DNA from: Sphagnum compactum
Taxonomy: Eukaryota
Assembly (NCBI GenBank): GCA_965153455.1
Contig: OZ234493.1
Span: forward strand, 36,446,213 to 36,510,212
Length of the DNA: 64,000 nt
Direction: 5' to 3'
Positions 10,644 through 26,279 of this stretch are shown in pieces (position 1 is the first letter of the stretch; each line of letters begins with the position of its first letter). The notes beneath the pieces are model-generated. The model worked only from the letters and a program-made list of their open reading frames with translations. It had not been told where the DNA came from and did no database searches. The translations under genes and the position numbers were made by a program.

Positions 10644-13600
10644 TTATCCAAAGGTTGCAGAGGGTTTGATGTATCCACCTTTGTAGTACACATCACTACA
10701 AATAAGGATGTAGCCATCATCATATCTGAGATCTGCATTCTGGAGGTCAATTGCAGGAACCACAGGCAGAGGAAATCCCCTCTTCAGGCTATGATTCAAT
10801 ATTGGTATAATCACCTTTGAGACTACCATACGCACTGTTGGCTGCACAGGGAAAACACCCAAGTCAATGACCATCACTTGAGGGGTTTTTTTCTCTTTCC
10901 AACTTCTGGCTAGTTCATGTCACAGATATTATGACATTGCTGACAAAACTAATTTTGATTGACAAAACATTCAGATAAGACTGGCAGGCCCTTATTAAGC
11001 AATCACAGAAGTTATCTGTTAGTTCCAAGTTCAATACAACTATGAATTCTAAGCACAATTCCACAGATACACTAGTCCCTTGATTTGGGTATGTTGAACA
11101 AGAATTTTTAGCAGACGAGAGCTGTAATATCACTTTTCACTGAACAGAAGGCCTCTCATCACATGTAAGAAAAGACATGCATTCAGAAAGCCATTAGTAC
11201 CTGCATAAGTTGGACAGGGAATTTGCCAATTTGACTCCATTTGAGCTGGAGGGTGACTGCATCCAGTGTGACTTCTGCTGTGATGTTGTTCCCATCAAGT
11301 CCGGCTAATGCATCCATTGACAAAGTCTGTCACAAAACACCCACCATATTTCAGCAACTACACTACAACACACATACAAAGATGATAGACACCATGCTTT
11401 CTAACAGTAAAGGAAGACCATTAACTACAACCATGCCAATGGCCATATACTCCATACTCAATTAGCACCTTCTTTGGACAAAATGCCATATCCTGCATTA
11501 GACAGCCACTTACTAAGCATCACATTTTGCAGCCTATAAAGTAGGCATTAACGGCACAAATTCTCCTAACAATGTGAGAGTTTTTCCTTGTTCTTAGAAT
11601 TTCACATAAAGAATCTCTCATTGCTCTGGGATTACAAATGTCCAAATGGCCATTACATTGGATAGAGCAATTGTTTCTCCATGGTTAGTAATCAGTAGCC
11701 ACAAGCATCCCCTAAGAGTTGAAAATTATTCACAGTAATGGTCCTGCTGCTCACACAACCAGTAATGGCATAAGCCAATTACAATACCAGGGTAGATGTT
11801 CAAGCTTGCAGCAATGGAGCAAGGGTTATCACTACCAATACAAACTGAATTCAGTCATAGATCATGAACAGAATCTTAATACCCCAGGGAACAACATAGC
11901 AAACCAATACAATGAGAGGAACACCCACCATGGATAAGCAGGCTACAGGCACAAAATCAGTGTTGGTCTTGACAAGAACTGTCATTTCAGCGGCAGCCAA
12001 TGCCTTTGCTCCATTTCTTGTAAGCTCAACTTGAGGTGCAGCAGAGACAGAGAAGTTAAGTGCCATGTCCTGGTTTGGATACTTTCTGTAAAGCTGTGGT
12101 ATAAGCCATTTCCAGAAAGCAGTGTTCAATAGCCAGTCTTGAGGCAACTCATCCACCAACAACTCCAAGGACCTTGCCTGGGAAAAACTAACACTGTCAA
12201 AATCAAAACCAGTGAAAAGAACAGGGTGGAAAAATAGAACCTTGTTGAATCATAGGAATTCAGAGAACATCCTTCACTTTTTTCTTTTCGAAGCCATTGT
12301 TTGACCAAGTAGAATTTGATAACCTAATGGGCAACCCTGGGAGCTTAGCGGATTTGAGGAGAATAACAATGAAAAGAGATTGAAAAGATGCATCCCATTG
12401 GATAGGCAGAACAACAGAGGAAAGGATTCTTAGGTGTTCATACTGCATACAGGTGAAGGCAAAATCAGTGGAGGGCCAAGGGAAACCTAAGTCAAGGGCA
12501 AGGGAGAAAGCAGAAATCCAAGGGTAAGCACATTATTAGCTCCAAAAAAAGAGGAATGTACCTCATAATAGACTTTGGCCGCTGAATTGATGACATAATC
12601 ACAAAGAGCAATGGTGATCATCTTCATCGATTCACTACAGAAAAGCCCTGGGGGTAAGGAATGGTCAGCCCGTGGGGGAACAGTCGATTTCTTCACAGAT
12701 ACAAATTCACCCTTTGCACCCACGCTCAAAAAGGTGGGACTCACAAAAGGGTCCTCCACAACCGTGACATCAATGGCAGATATGTCATCAATTGGAAGAT
12801 GTCGTGGAAGTTTCAAAAGAAATGTGTCCAACTTGGCAGCTCCTGAGACAATTGTTGATGAGATGGCTGACTCAATTGCTACCCGTATTTTGTGGTCAAA
12901 TGCATAGACAAACCTGGTTCAGATTGCCAAGGCAACAGGTGAGAAACAAAATGAAGAATATCTGACAAGCATTCTGACTACATATGAGGATTAGCTTAAG
13001 TGATCAATTCTAATCTCATAGGTTTATATCTGTCTGACATCAATCAGTTGCAACACACAGCACACACGATATCAATCGAATTTGAAATGGTCAGTGGAAT
13101 AAAAAACAAATGAGGTCAACCCTCTGATTCTGAACTGGGAAAGCCATCTTAAATCTACTATTACCATGTAGATCAACAGGCAGCTGGAAATTAAGCCAAC
13201 ATAGCCAATTAAATGTGTGCTACCATGGCCAAGAAAGTGATTGGTTACCACTGGTAAAGCCAGGAAGCACCACCATATAACTGGATGTCCAGATACTCAA
13301 TATGGGTCCCACGTTCCACAACTATTAACCGCAAAGTTCCATTATGTGCTTGCAATGTGAAAGTCACATGAGCTTGCATGCCTATCACCTGGAAATTCAT
13401 CACAAACTTCAATGACCCAAGTTTTCTTTCCAGGTGGTGATTCAGGTGAATTAATCCCATGAAATTACAATCTGAGCAAGTTAGGAGTGTTGCAATTCAT
13501 CCTATTCTGTGATAGTTTTCTTTGCTGATATAAGAACCAAATCATTACATTCCATGCAATTACTACATCAGCAAGTTAGGGGTACAGTACATAGTCCTGG

Positions 13601-16091
13601 AATGCAAATTTGTGCAAGTCAACCCATCTGTGCAAGTAGCACAGATCAAATGCAAATTTCTTGCATCTGATTACTTCCTCACACTTGCCATGTCTATCAT
13701 GGGTATTCAGTTAAAAGGTCATATCTTCCATACCAAACAACTACTTCGATCTCATCATGAACCAGAGGAGTAATCCTCACAATGGTTTATTCACAGTGCA
13801 TGGAATTGAGGCTTGGTTTGAGGAAATAATATAACAATGCAATTGCAGAGAAACTCCACAACAATACTTTGAAGGTAACTGTTCTGCCAGTTCCAGCAAA
13901 ACCAAACTAACATGACAAGAATTAGTGCAGTCATAACCTTATGAGTGTTACTCACAAAGTGTCAAACCATCACCTTCATCATGAATAACATGAAGAGCCA
14001 CCATGACTTCCCAGTGAGTTGATCAGCTCCTGACAGTGGACACAATAAGTCAACTAAAATCTGCCCCGATTTTCAGGCAACTCATTATACAAAAATTCAG
14101 TGTCCTGAGTTCCTGTCACATTTCTGGAAGCAATGGTAATACTTAGTCACAATGTTAGCTGGCATGCAAGAGTCTTGGTTGAGGAAGCAAGCAGACTACA
14201 GCAACCAACCAAGCTAAGAAACCTGAATGTAATCAAGGACACTAGTGCACTAAATTATAAACCCTATAAAATTTTGGATGTGCTTGTTTTGATTGGAAAG
14301 CCTCAGGCCATCATACTTTAGCAGGTTGATAAACCATAATACATGATCAGCTCCTCTGATACAGCTCAATCCACATGATACAAATTAATCTTGCATAGAA
14401 AGGCTGCTCACTAGCAGTAAACACAGATCTTAGTAAACACATAGTCATGATGTCATGACCTTGCAAGTGCCACTCACAAAGTATCAGACTGTCACCTTCA
14501 TCATCAATGTTTCTGACTAACTGTTAGTACCCCCCACAAATTCCAGCTCCTGACAATGGGTTTAGATATGAGTATAATCATCTGCTAAAAACAGAAAATT
14601 ATATAAAATCTTTGTCCTGAGTTTCTCTTGCATATCCAGAAGCAATTGCAAGACGCAGTCATGATGCTGGCTAGCACTGAAGAGACATAACTTATACAAA
14701 AATTAAAATAGTGTCCTCTTTCAAGCTCCAACAAGCTTATGAGAGTAACCTTCATTTTATTTTAGATGGCCAATAAGCAAGGATCTAAACCCAAGACATA
14801 ATTAACATCAGTAACAGTAAACACACTGCAAAAAACTTTTTGGGCAAGGACCAAGCACTTCATTCAATGCCATACTGAACACAAATGCAAGTCCGTTAGC
14901 CACCATCTATGAGAATGATTTGATTGAATACAACTGCACAATTTGGCCTTCTTGCCTGTAATGACAGACATGGAACAAACTTAGCCATAGATATAACTCA
15001 ATCAAGGAAACAGGGAGGGGCCAAAAGCTGACCTCTATATCAGCCCATCCTGCATCACTTATAGGAAGTGGAATATAACTGGACACATATTTGTATTCCC
15101 AATGAAGGTGAATCTTTGTCTTGATATCCTCAGCAATCACTGTGATTCCAGTCTTTCCCAAATCAACATCAGAGTGAGAAAAATTTGCACCTGGTAACTC
15201 AATATGAGTAATAGCAGTGTCAACTCGACCAATTGGGCACACCACTTGTGAATGTATGTCAGGTAATGAAAGTGGTGTAATCTCTGTCAGTATTTCATTC
15301 ACCAGGACTTCTTTCACATAAGTGATACCTGCCTCAGAAAGGGTTACCAAAATTCCTGCTCCCTCACTGTTGTTGGTGAGGTACTTTAGAGTATTATAAG
15401 AATTCAGCTCTGGAAATTTTTCCAGCTTCAAATCTGAATCAACCCTCCATAACTGCAATGTTTCACAATGTCACATATCACAAAATAGAAAAGAAGAAAG
15501 AAAGTGGAGATAGGACCTTACCATTGCTAAGTAAACAGTGATGTGGCCAGAATGGCTGCATTGGATTGCATCTAATCACCTTGATATGGGATTCTGTAAC
15601 CTTAACCATAAAGATCTCAAATGCAAAGTTCCCTCATGCAGCAAAATTTCATGCAACTGACACTAGTGCAACTTTAAAATATGGAAACTGTTGACTGATG
15701 CAGTGACAATGTGAACAAATACAGAAGCACCATCAAAGACTTTCAGAACTTCAACTGTGGATAGAAAATATTTGAAGGGTACCTCTTCCTGTTCTTCAGT
15801 AGATTTCAGTTTCTTCTCAGCTTGCAAAAGCCTTCTTGAAACCCCAGAATGCTCATTTCTGAGTCGCTGATCTAAAACCATTGGAAAATGACTTTGTGGA
15901 GGTTTATCCGAGACCCTGATTAATTGTCCATGTTCCTTGCCTGCTTCCATAAGCTTGAGCACTCTGTGATTGTGATTCTCTGCTACTGTACTTGTTCCGG
16001 ATGTGTTTACCCTGTCTACTGTACCCAGAAATAATAAGCTTGAAAAAAGAAGAAGACACACAGTGGCAGCTACTCCAACAGACTCGCCCAT
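10644..16091 (-). CDS. LBP/BPI/CETP-family lipid-binding protein (plant LBR-like), about 597 aa, with signal peptide
   Basis: Coding exons 16091-15783, 15452-15033, 13388-13249, 12913-12562, 12177-11929, 11326-11201 and 10841-10644. All introns are GT-AG and phases are consistent. Motifs typical of plant LBP/BPI proteins: LSEAGITYVKEVL, LYGGASWLYQWFVYAF, LNTAFWKWLIPQLYRKYPN, LKWSQIGKF, LKRGFPLP. Confidence 0.92.
13905..14680. repeat. Two diverged copies of an intronic repeat (~13905-14170 and ~14440-14680); third copy at ~23660-23885
   Basis: Shared blocks TCAT.ACCT..GAGTG..ACTCACAAAGT.TCA.AC..CACCTTC, CAGCTCCTGACA and CTGAGTTCCTGT.ACATTTCTGGAAG. Confidence 0.7.
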
Positions 16092-16284
16092 TTCCTCTCT
16101 GCAAATCGAGCAATTAGACAACAGTTGGCTTTCCAAGCACCATACAAATGTATGACCTAGAGACAGCTGCAGCAGTGGGCACTGTTCAAGGAAGACATAA
16201 TAACTCCATATACATGGCTTGATTCGCACATGTGGAAAACCACAAGCTGACCATCAAAAGCAGATAAAATGCAACCTGCAAAAC

Positions 16285-17095
16285 AAACTACATATATCTG
16301 AGTAAACTGATATTCAACAACATGAGGAGATTGCAATTAGGTCTAGGATTAGTGATGAATCACAGAACTCAAGGTGACTAACCAAGGTGTCTTAAGGGTT
16401 TAGGGTTTAGGGTCTTAATGTCTTAACCATCACAGACCACTGTGCTAAGAAGATCATCACCATGGGATCAAGTCTTCTGAATCTTGTGAGCCATGTAACT
16501 AACTCAAGGACCTACACTTGGAAACAATTAGGCCAAGCAAAAAACCTTCTGTCATTCTGCAAAGTCATACAATCTGATACTTCTGCTGGACACAAAGAAC
16601 TCTGCCATGAGAATGCTGTAATTGGCTGTACCATGTGGCCCCTATTCTCAAGCCCTGTTTGCAACCTGACAAGTATAAGCAGATCTTCAAGATGGTCTGA
16701 CTAGATTTTCTTCCAAGCAGAACAAATTACACATATCAACTGAGTACACTGATGTTCAACAACATGAGGAGACTGCATGAGGAGATAATTAGGACCATAT
16801 TCACAGACCAGTACTCCCCTGAGAAGAGTCACCATGGGGATCAAGTCTTCAGAATCTTGTGAGCTGCCATGTAACTAAATGAAGAAGAGAGTCTACACTT
16901 GGAAAACCAAGGTCAAGCAAAAAAAACTTTCTCTGATTCTGCAAGTCATGCGATCTGATATTCTGGTGGACAATGCAAAGAAACTATGACATGAGAATGC
17001 TGTCAATATTGGCTGCACTTGCAGGCCTCTATCTTAAGCCCTGTTCGTCAGAAGCTGCCAAATTTTAAGGAGATTTTCAAGGTGATCTCTGATTG
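16285..17095. repeat. Diverged tandem duplication (~440-bp unit) in the putative 5'UTR intron
   Basis: CTGAGTA.ACTGAT.TTCAACAACATGAGGAGA, CACCATGGGATCAAGTCTTC.GAATCTTGTGAGC, CTACACTTGGAAA and CATGAGAATGCTGT each occur near 16298-16620 and again near 16740-17003. Only copy 1 has AGGGTTTAGGGTTTAGGG near 16395. Confidence 0.85.
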
Positions 17096-17494
17096 CATTT
17101 GCCAATGGCTGCACAGGTGCAGGCACTAGGCGTTCACGCAAACCATGACTAGCCCAGAAGAACCTCGGAATACATGAGCTTACAACCTACATAGCTTTGG
17201 AGAATCGTGATGTCTTGCGAACATGAACGCCAAATTCCACAATATTCTAGAGTGCATCCAACCTCTCAGGATTCACAAGGAGCTGCTTAACCAAAAAAGA
17301 AAAGATCGAAATCTAACAAAGAGTTTCCAAACTAGTTGTATATTGCAGCTGGTATCTAAAGCCGCTGTGTGCCAAAGGTTTCTCCCGCCGCTCTGCAGCT
17401 AAAAAGCTCTGGGAAATTATAAACCAAATCTGCATTTCCTTTCCTTTTCGTTTCTACAGCTAGGAGAAAAACAGCAGTAGCAAGAGCATCTCCA

Positions 17495-17910
17495 CCTGCG
17501 CACAGTATGCGATCCTGAAAAAATGCACAGATTTCAGAGCCCTGGAGGAGCCCTGGAATAGTCTAATAAACACAAGTATCTCAATATCAAGCTTAGACAA
17601 TGCGATTGACGGACGTACCAGAGACAACTCCTCCTCCTCCCTCCTCCTCCTCCTCCGATGATGATGATGATAATGATGAGCGAATATTGAAGCTTCCGTC
17701 TGGAGAATGCAAATCTGGAAAAACTCCTGCATACACAACACATGAATTCCAAATTTTCGCCTCCGAGAAGAATCGGATTAAAGGAATCATGAAATGACGT
17801 GAGAACTTGAGAAGCCTCTGGTACAGTAAGCCTGCAAACACACAAAATTTGGTGCGAAGGATTTCCAGACTGCTGCGTCAGAGAGCGAGCGAGCGAGCGA
17901 GCGAGAGAAA
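17495..17910 (-). promoter_or_regulatory. Probable promoter and 5'UTR exon of the LBP/BPI gene
   Basis: CT-rich (TCGC)n tract at 17881-17906 on minus, like the one upstream of the proteasome gene. Candidate donor CAG|GTGGAG near 17495 and acceptor TTGCAG| 8 nt upstream of the ATG (exon start 16098). Confidence 0.5.
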
Positions 17911-17959
17911 CGTGACACAAACAACGCGCATGCAAAAGCTGAGTGGGAAGTGCTTTATT

Positions 17960-18290
17960 TACATTAAAAAGAATCTTAAGGCAAAAGTAGAAGAATTATG
18001 GAAACTCAAATATTTCACCACGCAAATATTATAATCTTCAAAAAATTCCTCTTAAAAAGAAATCAAAATCCTTCAAGATGTTATAACTCTATTATAACTA
18101 ATCTCAAGTTTCAACACAAGCCCAAAATATCATTCTTTTGAAAATCCTCATATAAAAAAAAAATAGACCTATTATTATTATTATTTATTACCTAGGGGCC
18201 TATAAAAATCCCTTAAGCTACTATACTCTATAATGAATCTGAACACAATTTCCTTAAGGGCCTTGGTAGTAGTAGGCAAGACCAACAAAA
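17960..18290 (-). repeat. Dispersed ~330-bp (AAT)n repeat, copy 2
   Basis: Reverse-complement match to 7976-8270 and direct match to 31640-31970. Confidence 0.85.
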
Positions 18291-18579
18291 CTAAAAGAAT
18301 CCATTAAATAAAAACTGACATGCCTTTTTTTTTTTTAAACCAAAAAAATAGGGAATTAAAGAGCTATCAATAATGGCCTTCAAGTGTAACACCCAACAAC
18401 AACAAACAATCAATCTTGGTTATAAGTCATTTAAGAAGGTGATTGAAAATGCAAAGGTTTTGTAAACTAGTGATTAGCTTGGAGCTAAAACTTTGTTACA
18501 ACTTTTTAAAAACTATTGCATGAGCTAGCAAATAAACTTCTTGTATCACTTATGTACTACAAAATGTGGGTGCAGTTCG

Positions 18580-18763
18580 CTAGTCCCTGTTCATTAGACC
18601 AATGAATTCATTATTTCTTCATTGCTCCTTGTTCATTACAACAACCAATGAATTCACTCAAAATCATCCACTAGTCCCTGTTCATTAGACCAGTGAATTC
18701 ATTATTTCTTCATTGCTCCTTGTTCACTACAACAACCACAGTGAATTCACTCAAAATCATCCA
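18580..18763. repeat. Near-perfect tandem duplication of ~91 bp
   Basis: CTAGTCCCTGTTCATTAGACC...GAATTCACTCAAAATCATCCA at 18580-18670 and 18671-18763. Confidence 0.92.
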
Positions 18764-20425
18764 GTGAAATCACTTGGCATACAGAGTCACCTTTTGTTGT
18801 AGTGTGTCTTATGTTTTTTCCTCCCACAATTACTTGGTTTTGTCTTGAACTTTTAATGTTGTTGTTGATGGAATTACTTTAGTTGACAAGCACCTTGATT
18901 TTGCAACTGAACATTAAAATTATCGCTAATGTTGCTGGATTTTTTAATTTGGGGAAAAATAATTTTATCAATGGTTTGAAAAAAAAAAGGGGGAGGGTGG
19001 TAATTGTGGGTGCAACTTCAAGTGTGACCAAGGTTATGTAAGAAATCCACCTTGATAAAACATGTGAAGTTCTTTGACTATTTTGGTATTGTATTTGCAT
19101 CATGTGAATGATGTGTTTAAGAACGAGGAATCTGTTTTCATTACTAGAATACCATTTTTCATTGACACATTGCATGTTGAAATGTCATCAACCACACACC
19201 ATTTACAAGGACATTGACATTCTTGAAGTACTATATGATTTCAACCTTTTTTATTTCATGCATTTTCATTTATCATAGTTTTTCAACTTTTTCCAACATT
19301 GCCTAGTGTTTATGTTCACAAGACTATGACCAACACCATCTTATGTTAGTGTTAGTTCCCTTTATATCAAGGAAATGTCCTTGTTGATTGGGAAGTGATT
19401 GGTTTTTAAAAATAAGGGGAAGATGTTCAACATAAAAGATGTTATTTTCAAAGATGGATCTCATAATTTGTCAATTGTGGTGTCTTAGTACTCTTCCAAT
19501 GATGCTTGATGTAATGGCATCAAATTTTGGGATACAATAAACAATCCTAACTTATCTACCTCGTGCATACACTTTGATTTCATTATTTTTTAATGTTTGG
19601 TAGTCCAACATTGACAGATAAAAAAAGAGGTGAAATTAAAGCATATGCACTAGGTCTACCATATCATCTTTTGTTTGATACCAATTTCATCAACTTCTCC
19701 ATTCAAAACAAGGTGGATTTGTTACGTAACATTTTTTTTTTATATATCCATTTATTCTCTTTCACTTGAATTGGCTTTCATTACATCTATATTGGAAACA
19801 TTTATTGATGAATTTTGTATTTGGAATGCAAGCTTGATATGCATTGAGACTCAAGAGGTGAAGTCTTTTTACCATTGGTTTGACCTATTATTTTGGGGAA
19901 AAGAAATCACCATTTTGGAGAATATTTTTTAAATGAAAATTTTGTCACAAATTTTTTCTTTTGGAACAAAAGAATTCCCACATTTACAAATTTACAAAAT
20001 GAAAGGATTTTTTAATTCATTTTTTTTACCTTTCATATTTTGAATATCACCAAATTTGACTAATATACTTATGGATGATCACCAATTGAATAAAAAAACA
20101 TTGGTTCAAATGTAACCACACTACTTTGCTCATCTTTTTTTTTTCTCTTTTAATTTCTTGATTTCTTTGTTTTCATTTTTCTTGCAATATGCTACAATTG
20201 CAAAATTTGACAATTGATGGGGCTTTGTAAAAGTTTAGCAAAGGTTATTTAACCATTGTTCATATGTACTTTACCTCTATTTGCTATGTGCAAGCCTTTG
20301 CTCACTTTTGCAATGCTAACAAGAGGATTGAAGGTATTTTTCATAAGAGGGAGGGTTGAGGGTTGAAGATGTTAACATTGCCTTAAAGTAAAAGTGTTTG
20401 TTATTAGGCCCCTTTCTCAGGCTCA

Positions 20426-20853
20426 TCTATCTATGAAAGAAGGTAGTTTGTTTTGTTTTGTAGTTATAAGATCCATTGAACAGGGATGCTTTAGATCGTG
20501 TTCCTGGTGTCTTTGGAAAGCTCTTGATGAGGAGGGGTGCATGCGCTTGGTTCCATGACGTCTGGACTTGCGATGCAAAAGTTCTTGAATGTTGAATGAT
20601 TTTTTCACTGAAAATTAAATTAAATTAATTTTCAGAGGAATTGGAATGTGCCTTTGGTGTTATTGGAAAGATCTTGATGAGCAGGATTTAATGGAATTTA
20701 TTTGGTAAGGTTTGGATTCAGAATGAGGGAGATATTGATTTTTAAGTGATTTCTGCCGCTGAAAACCAAATAAATTCCAAAAAACGAGGTATTGGAAGGA
20801 AAAATCAGTTGAGGATGTGGTAACCCTTGGGCCAACATCACAGGCCACACTAG
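20426..20853 (+). mobile_element. Non-autonomous Helitron-like element
   Basis: Starts TC (A|TCTATC) and ends CTAG|T, so it sits in an AT dinucleotide with no TSD. Only a weak GGCC..GGCC subterminal hairpin. Related internal sequence at ~60215-60320. Confidence 0.55.
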
Positions 20854-20879
20854 TTAATATGGCGAAATGAGCTTCTTTA

Positions 20880-21574
20880 GAGCATCTCCACTGGTGCTCA
20901 GTATGTGACTCCAGACAATAAAATTGGAAAAATGTAAAAACAGTAAAACCAGACAGTAAAAAGTAAAAATGTGCCAGTCTAGCTCAGGAAATTGGTTTTT
21001 CTGCACCAAATCTGTGCAGCTTGCCGTGGCTGGCGCAACACAGTTGGGCACCTCCAAAAAAGAGTGTAATAAATTGGACCTGACTGTGGCTCAGTATTTC
21101 TGATTGGTCGATCGTAATGATTGGTCCAGGCCGTTTGCTATTAGTAGTTCCCACGTATATGCAGTTCCAGTTACAGTGTTATTGGTGGGGTTGCCAAAAA
21201 AAAAAGCTAAACTTAGACATTTAATTTTATTATCCAGCGTGACATACTGAGCACCAGCTTACAGAGTAGAGCATATTGGTGGAGATGCTCTATGTTGCTC
21301 CACCCACACCAGCAAACACCCCTTTTCATTAAATCCTGCTGCTCTCCGGTATTGATGGTCCATTTTGCATGCAATGGTTGTTTTAGCCCCTTTAAAAGCT
21401 TTTTTCTACTATGGATTTGGACAGTGATTATTACTCATCCAGATGTAAAGACATAAATGGTCTTTGAATGTTTACAGGGACTTTTATGACATTCATGGGT
21501 GGGGACAGTAATCGTTAAACAGTATTCTATTCTAAAATAGAGGAGTTGTTTGCTGGTGTGGGGTGGAGATGCTC
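20880..21574. mobile_element. Two adjacent Tourist/PIF-Harbinger-like MITEs
   Basis: TIR GAGCATCTCCAC at 20880, with GTGGAGATGCTC ending at 21290 and again at 21574; TTA flanks both outer ends. Element A has the IR CTGGTGCTCAGTATGT (20891-20906 / 21242-21257). Element B has the IR CTCCACCCACACCAGCAAACA (21298-21318 / 21547-21568). Confidence 0.8.
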
Positions 21575-22648
21575 TTAACAATTGTGCAGGCGGCCACCTT
21601 TTGCCCTCCTCCCACCTTCCCTCATGCTCCCCACTAGGGGTACCTGCCATAAATAAGCCCATAGAGTAGGCCACCCAGGGCAGATTCTGGTTCCCAGATC
21701 ACCAACGGCCTTGCCCTGGGACTTGCTGGGAGCTGGAATCCGCCCTGGGCAGGCCACTCTCTAGTACATACAGGTTTGCAGTTTGCACCCAGGATAGTTA
21801 TGTGTAGTGCGAAGCCCCAGGGGTGTTGGCATTCTCAAAATAAGAGACTTAAGCCAAGGTGGTAGCCAAGTCCAGCCCTGCATTTACCGAAAGCTAAGCT
21901 CAACACCTTGGAAATATAACCCACACATGAGTTTAGAGCTTACTTCTATGAGTAGGTTATATTCCCAAGATTCCTTCTGCAGGGAATGAATCTATCACCT
22001 ACTTATAGGTGTAAGATCCATCACACTCCTTTATAACCCTCATCTTTTCCAAAAATTTCCTACCATATCCTAAAGTTGCTAGAAAAGAGGAGGGTTCTCG
22101 CACCTATTCCTTAAGAGCAGGAGGGATCTTACAGCTACAAGTAGGCTTAAGACCCGCCCCTCCCCCCTCCCCCACTCAACTGCCAATTCTGCTTCTCATC
22201 TTTCCTTGTGCTGGCATTTTCCACAATGTAGAAACTCATATTTGGTTAGGTTGGTGCCCATGTTTCCTTCCCACAGGGAGCCTAGAACCATGCAACAAGC
22301 ATGGGAAATCCAACTGCAGACAGATTCGCTGAACTTCTCCTAAACTAAGGAGGTTTGATTGCTGCAAAATTCAATCATGTCCATCAAGGCAGACAATCGC
22401 AACAAGTTTAAAACAAAAGCAGCAAAACAGCAGCTTTGGAAGTTTCTCAAATATAAAAGCAGACAGGGGAGAGTTGCTCCATAGAGTATTAACCCACTGT
22501 CAACAATTGCTCATGATTGGGTGCAAAAAATATCACTAAGTAACTGCAAATTAGCAACTCGATGCAATAACAATTTAGAATGACACATATACTGTGTCTT
22601 GGAGACTTGCAACTTGACCTCCAGGGAAGTGGTGAATGATACACATTT

Positions 22649-25770
<3,122 letters not shown>

Positions 25771-26279
25771 GGTTGAAATGTTGTTGGCTTGAATCAAAGC
25801 TCGCTACAAAAACCCTGAGCAGCAAAGATATGCACAGTCTGCTTGGGATCCGCGCGGCAGAGAGAGAGAGCGCGAGCGAGCGAGGAAGACGAGCTTTGGA
25901 GTGTATTCACGTTTGTTTTCTGTGACCTAATTCCTCCTCACACCCACGAACAAGATCCACATCCCAAATGAGGTGACAAAATGCTCAGGGTTTAACCCTA
26001 AATTAGTTTAACTTGCAGTGTGGCTTTTCAGGAATTTTTGTTTGTAGCCAAAGTGGTGACCATCCATAGATATAAGGAAGATGTAGAGAAAAATGGCTAT
26101 TGTCACTAGGAAGATTTATCTAAATCTGGCTATAATCCATAAATAAAGTGCAAATCTTTACTTATCTTTTTATATTTTTGGTTACAAAATGGAAAATGAA
26201 ATATATGAATATGACAATACAATGATCTTTCATGTCATGCATGTGAATGTATTTTTTAGTCGAATATGAATCATTTGGG

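Noticed and set aside
10236..10820. ORFs 10236..10565, 10342..10614 and 10434..10820
   Set aside because: They lie in the 3'UTR of, or antisense to, the LBP/BPI last exon and have no independent coding signal.
21580..22140. GC-richer block with TG...CA candidates and a 10-bp IR (TGTAAGATCC / GGATCTTACA) as a second solo LTR
   Set aside because: No target-site duplication or defensible boundaries found.
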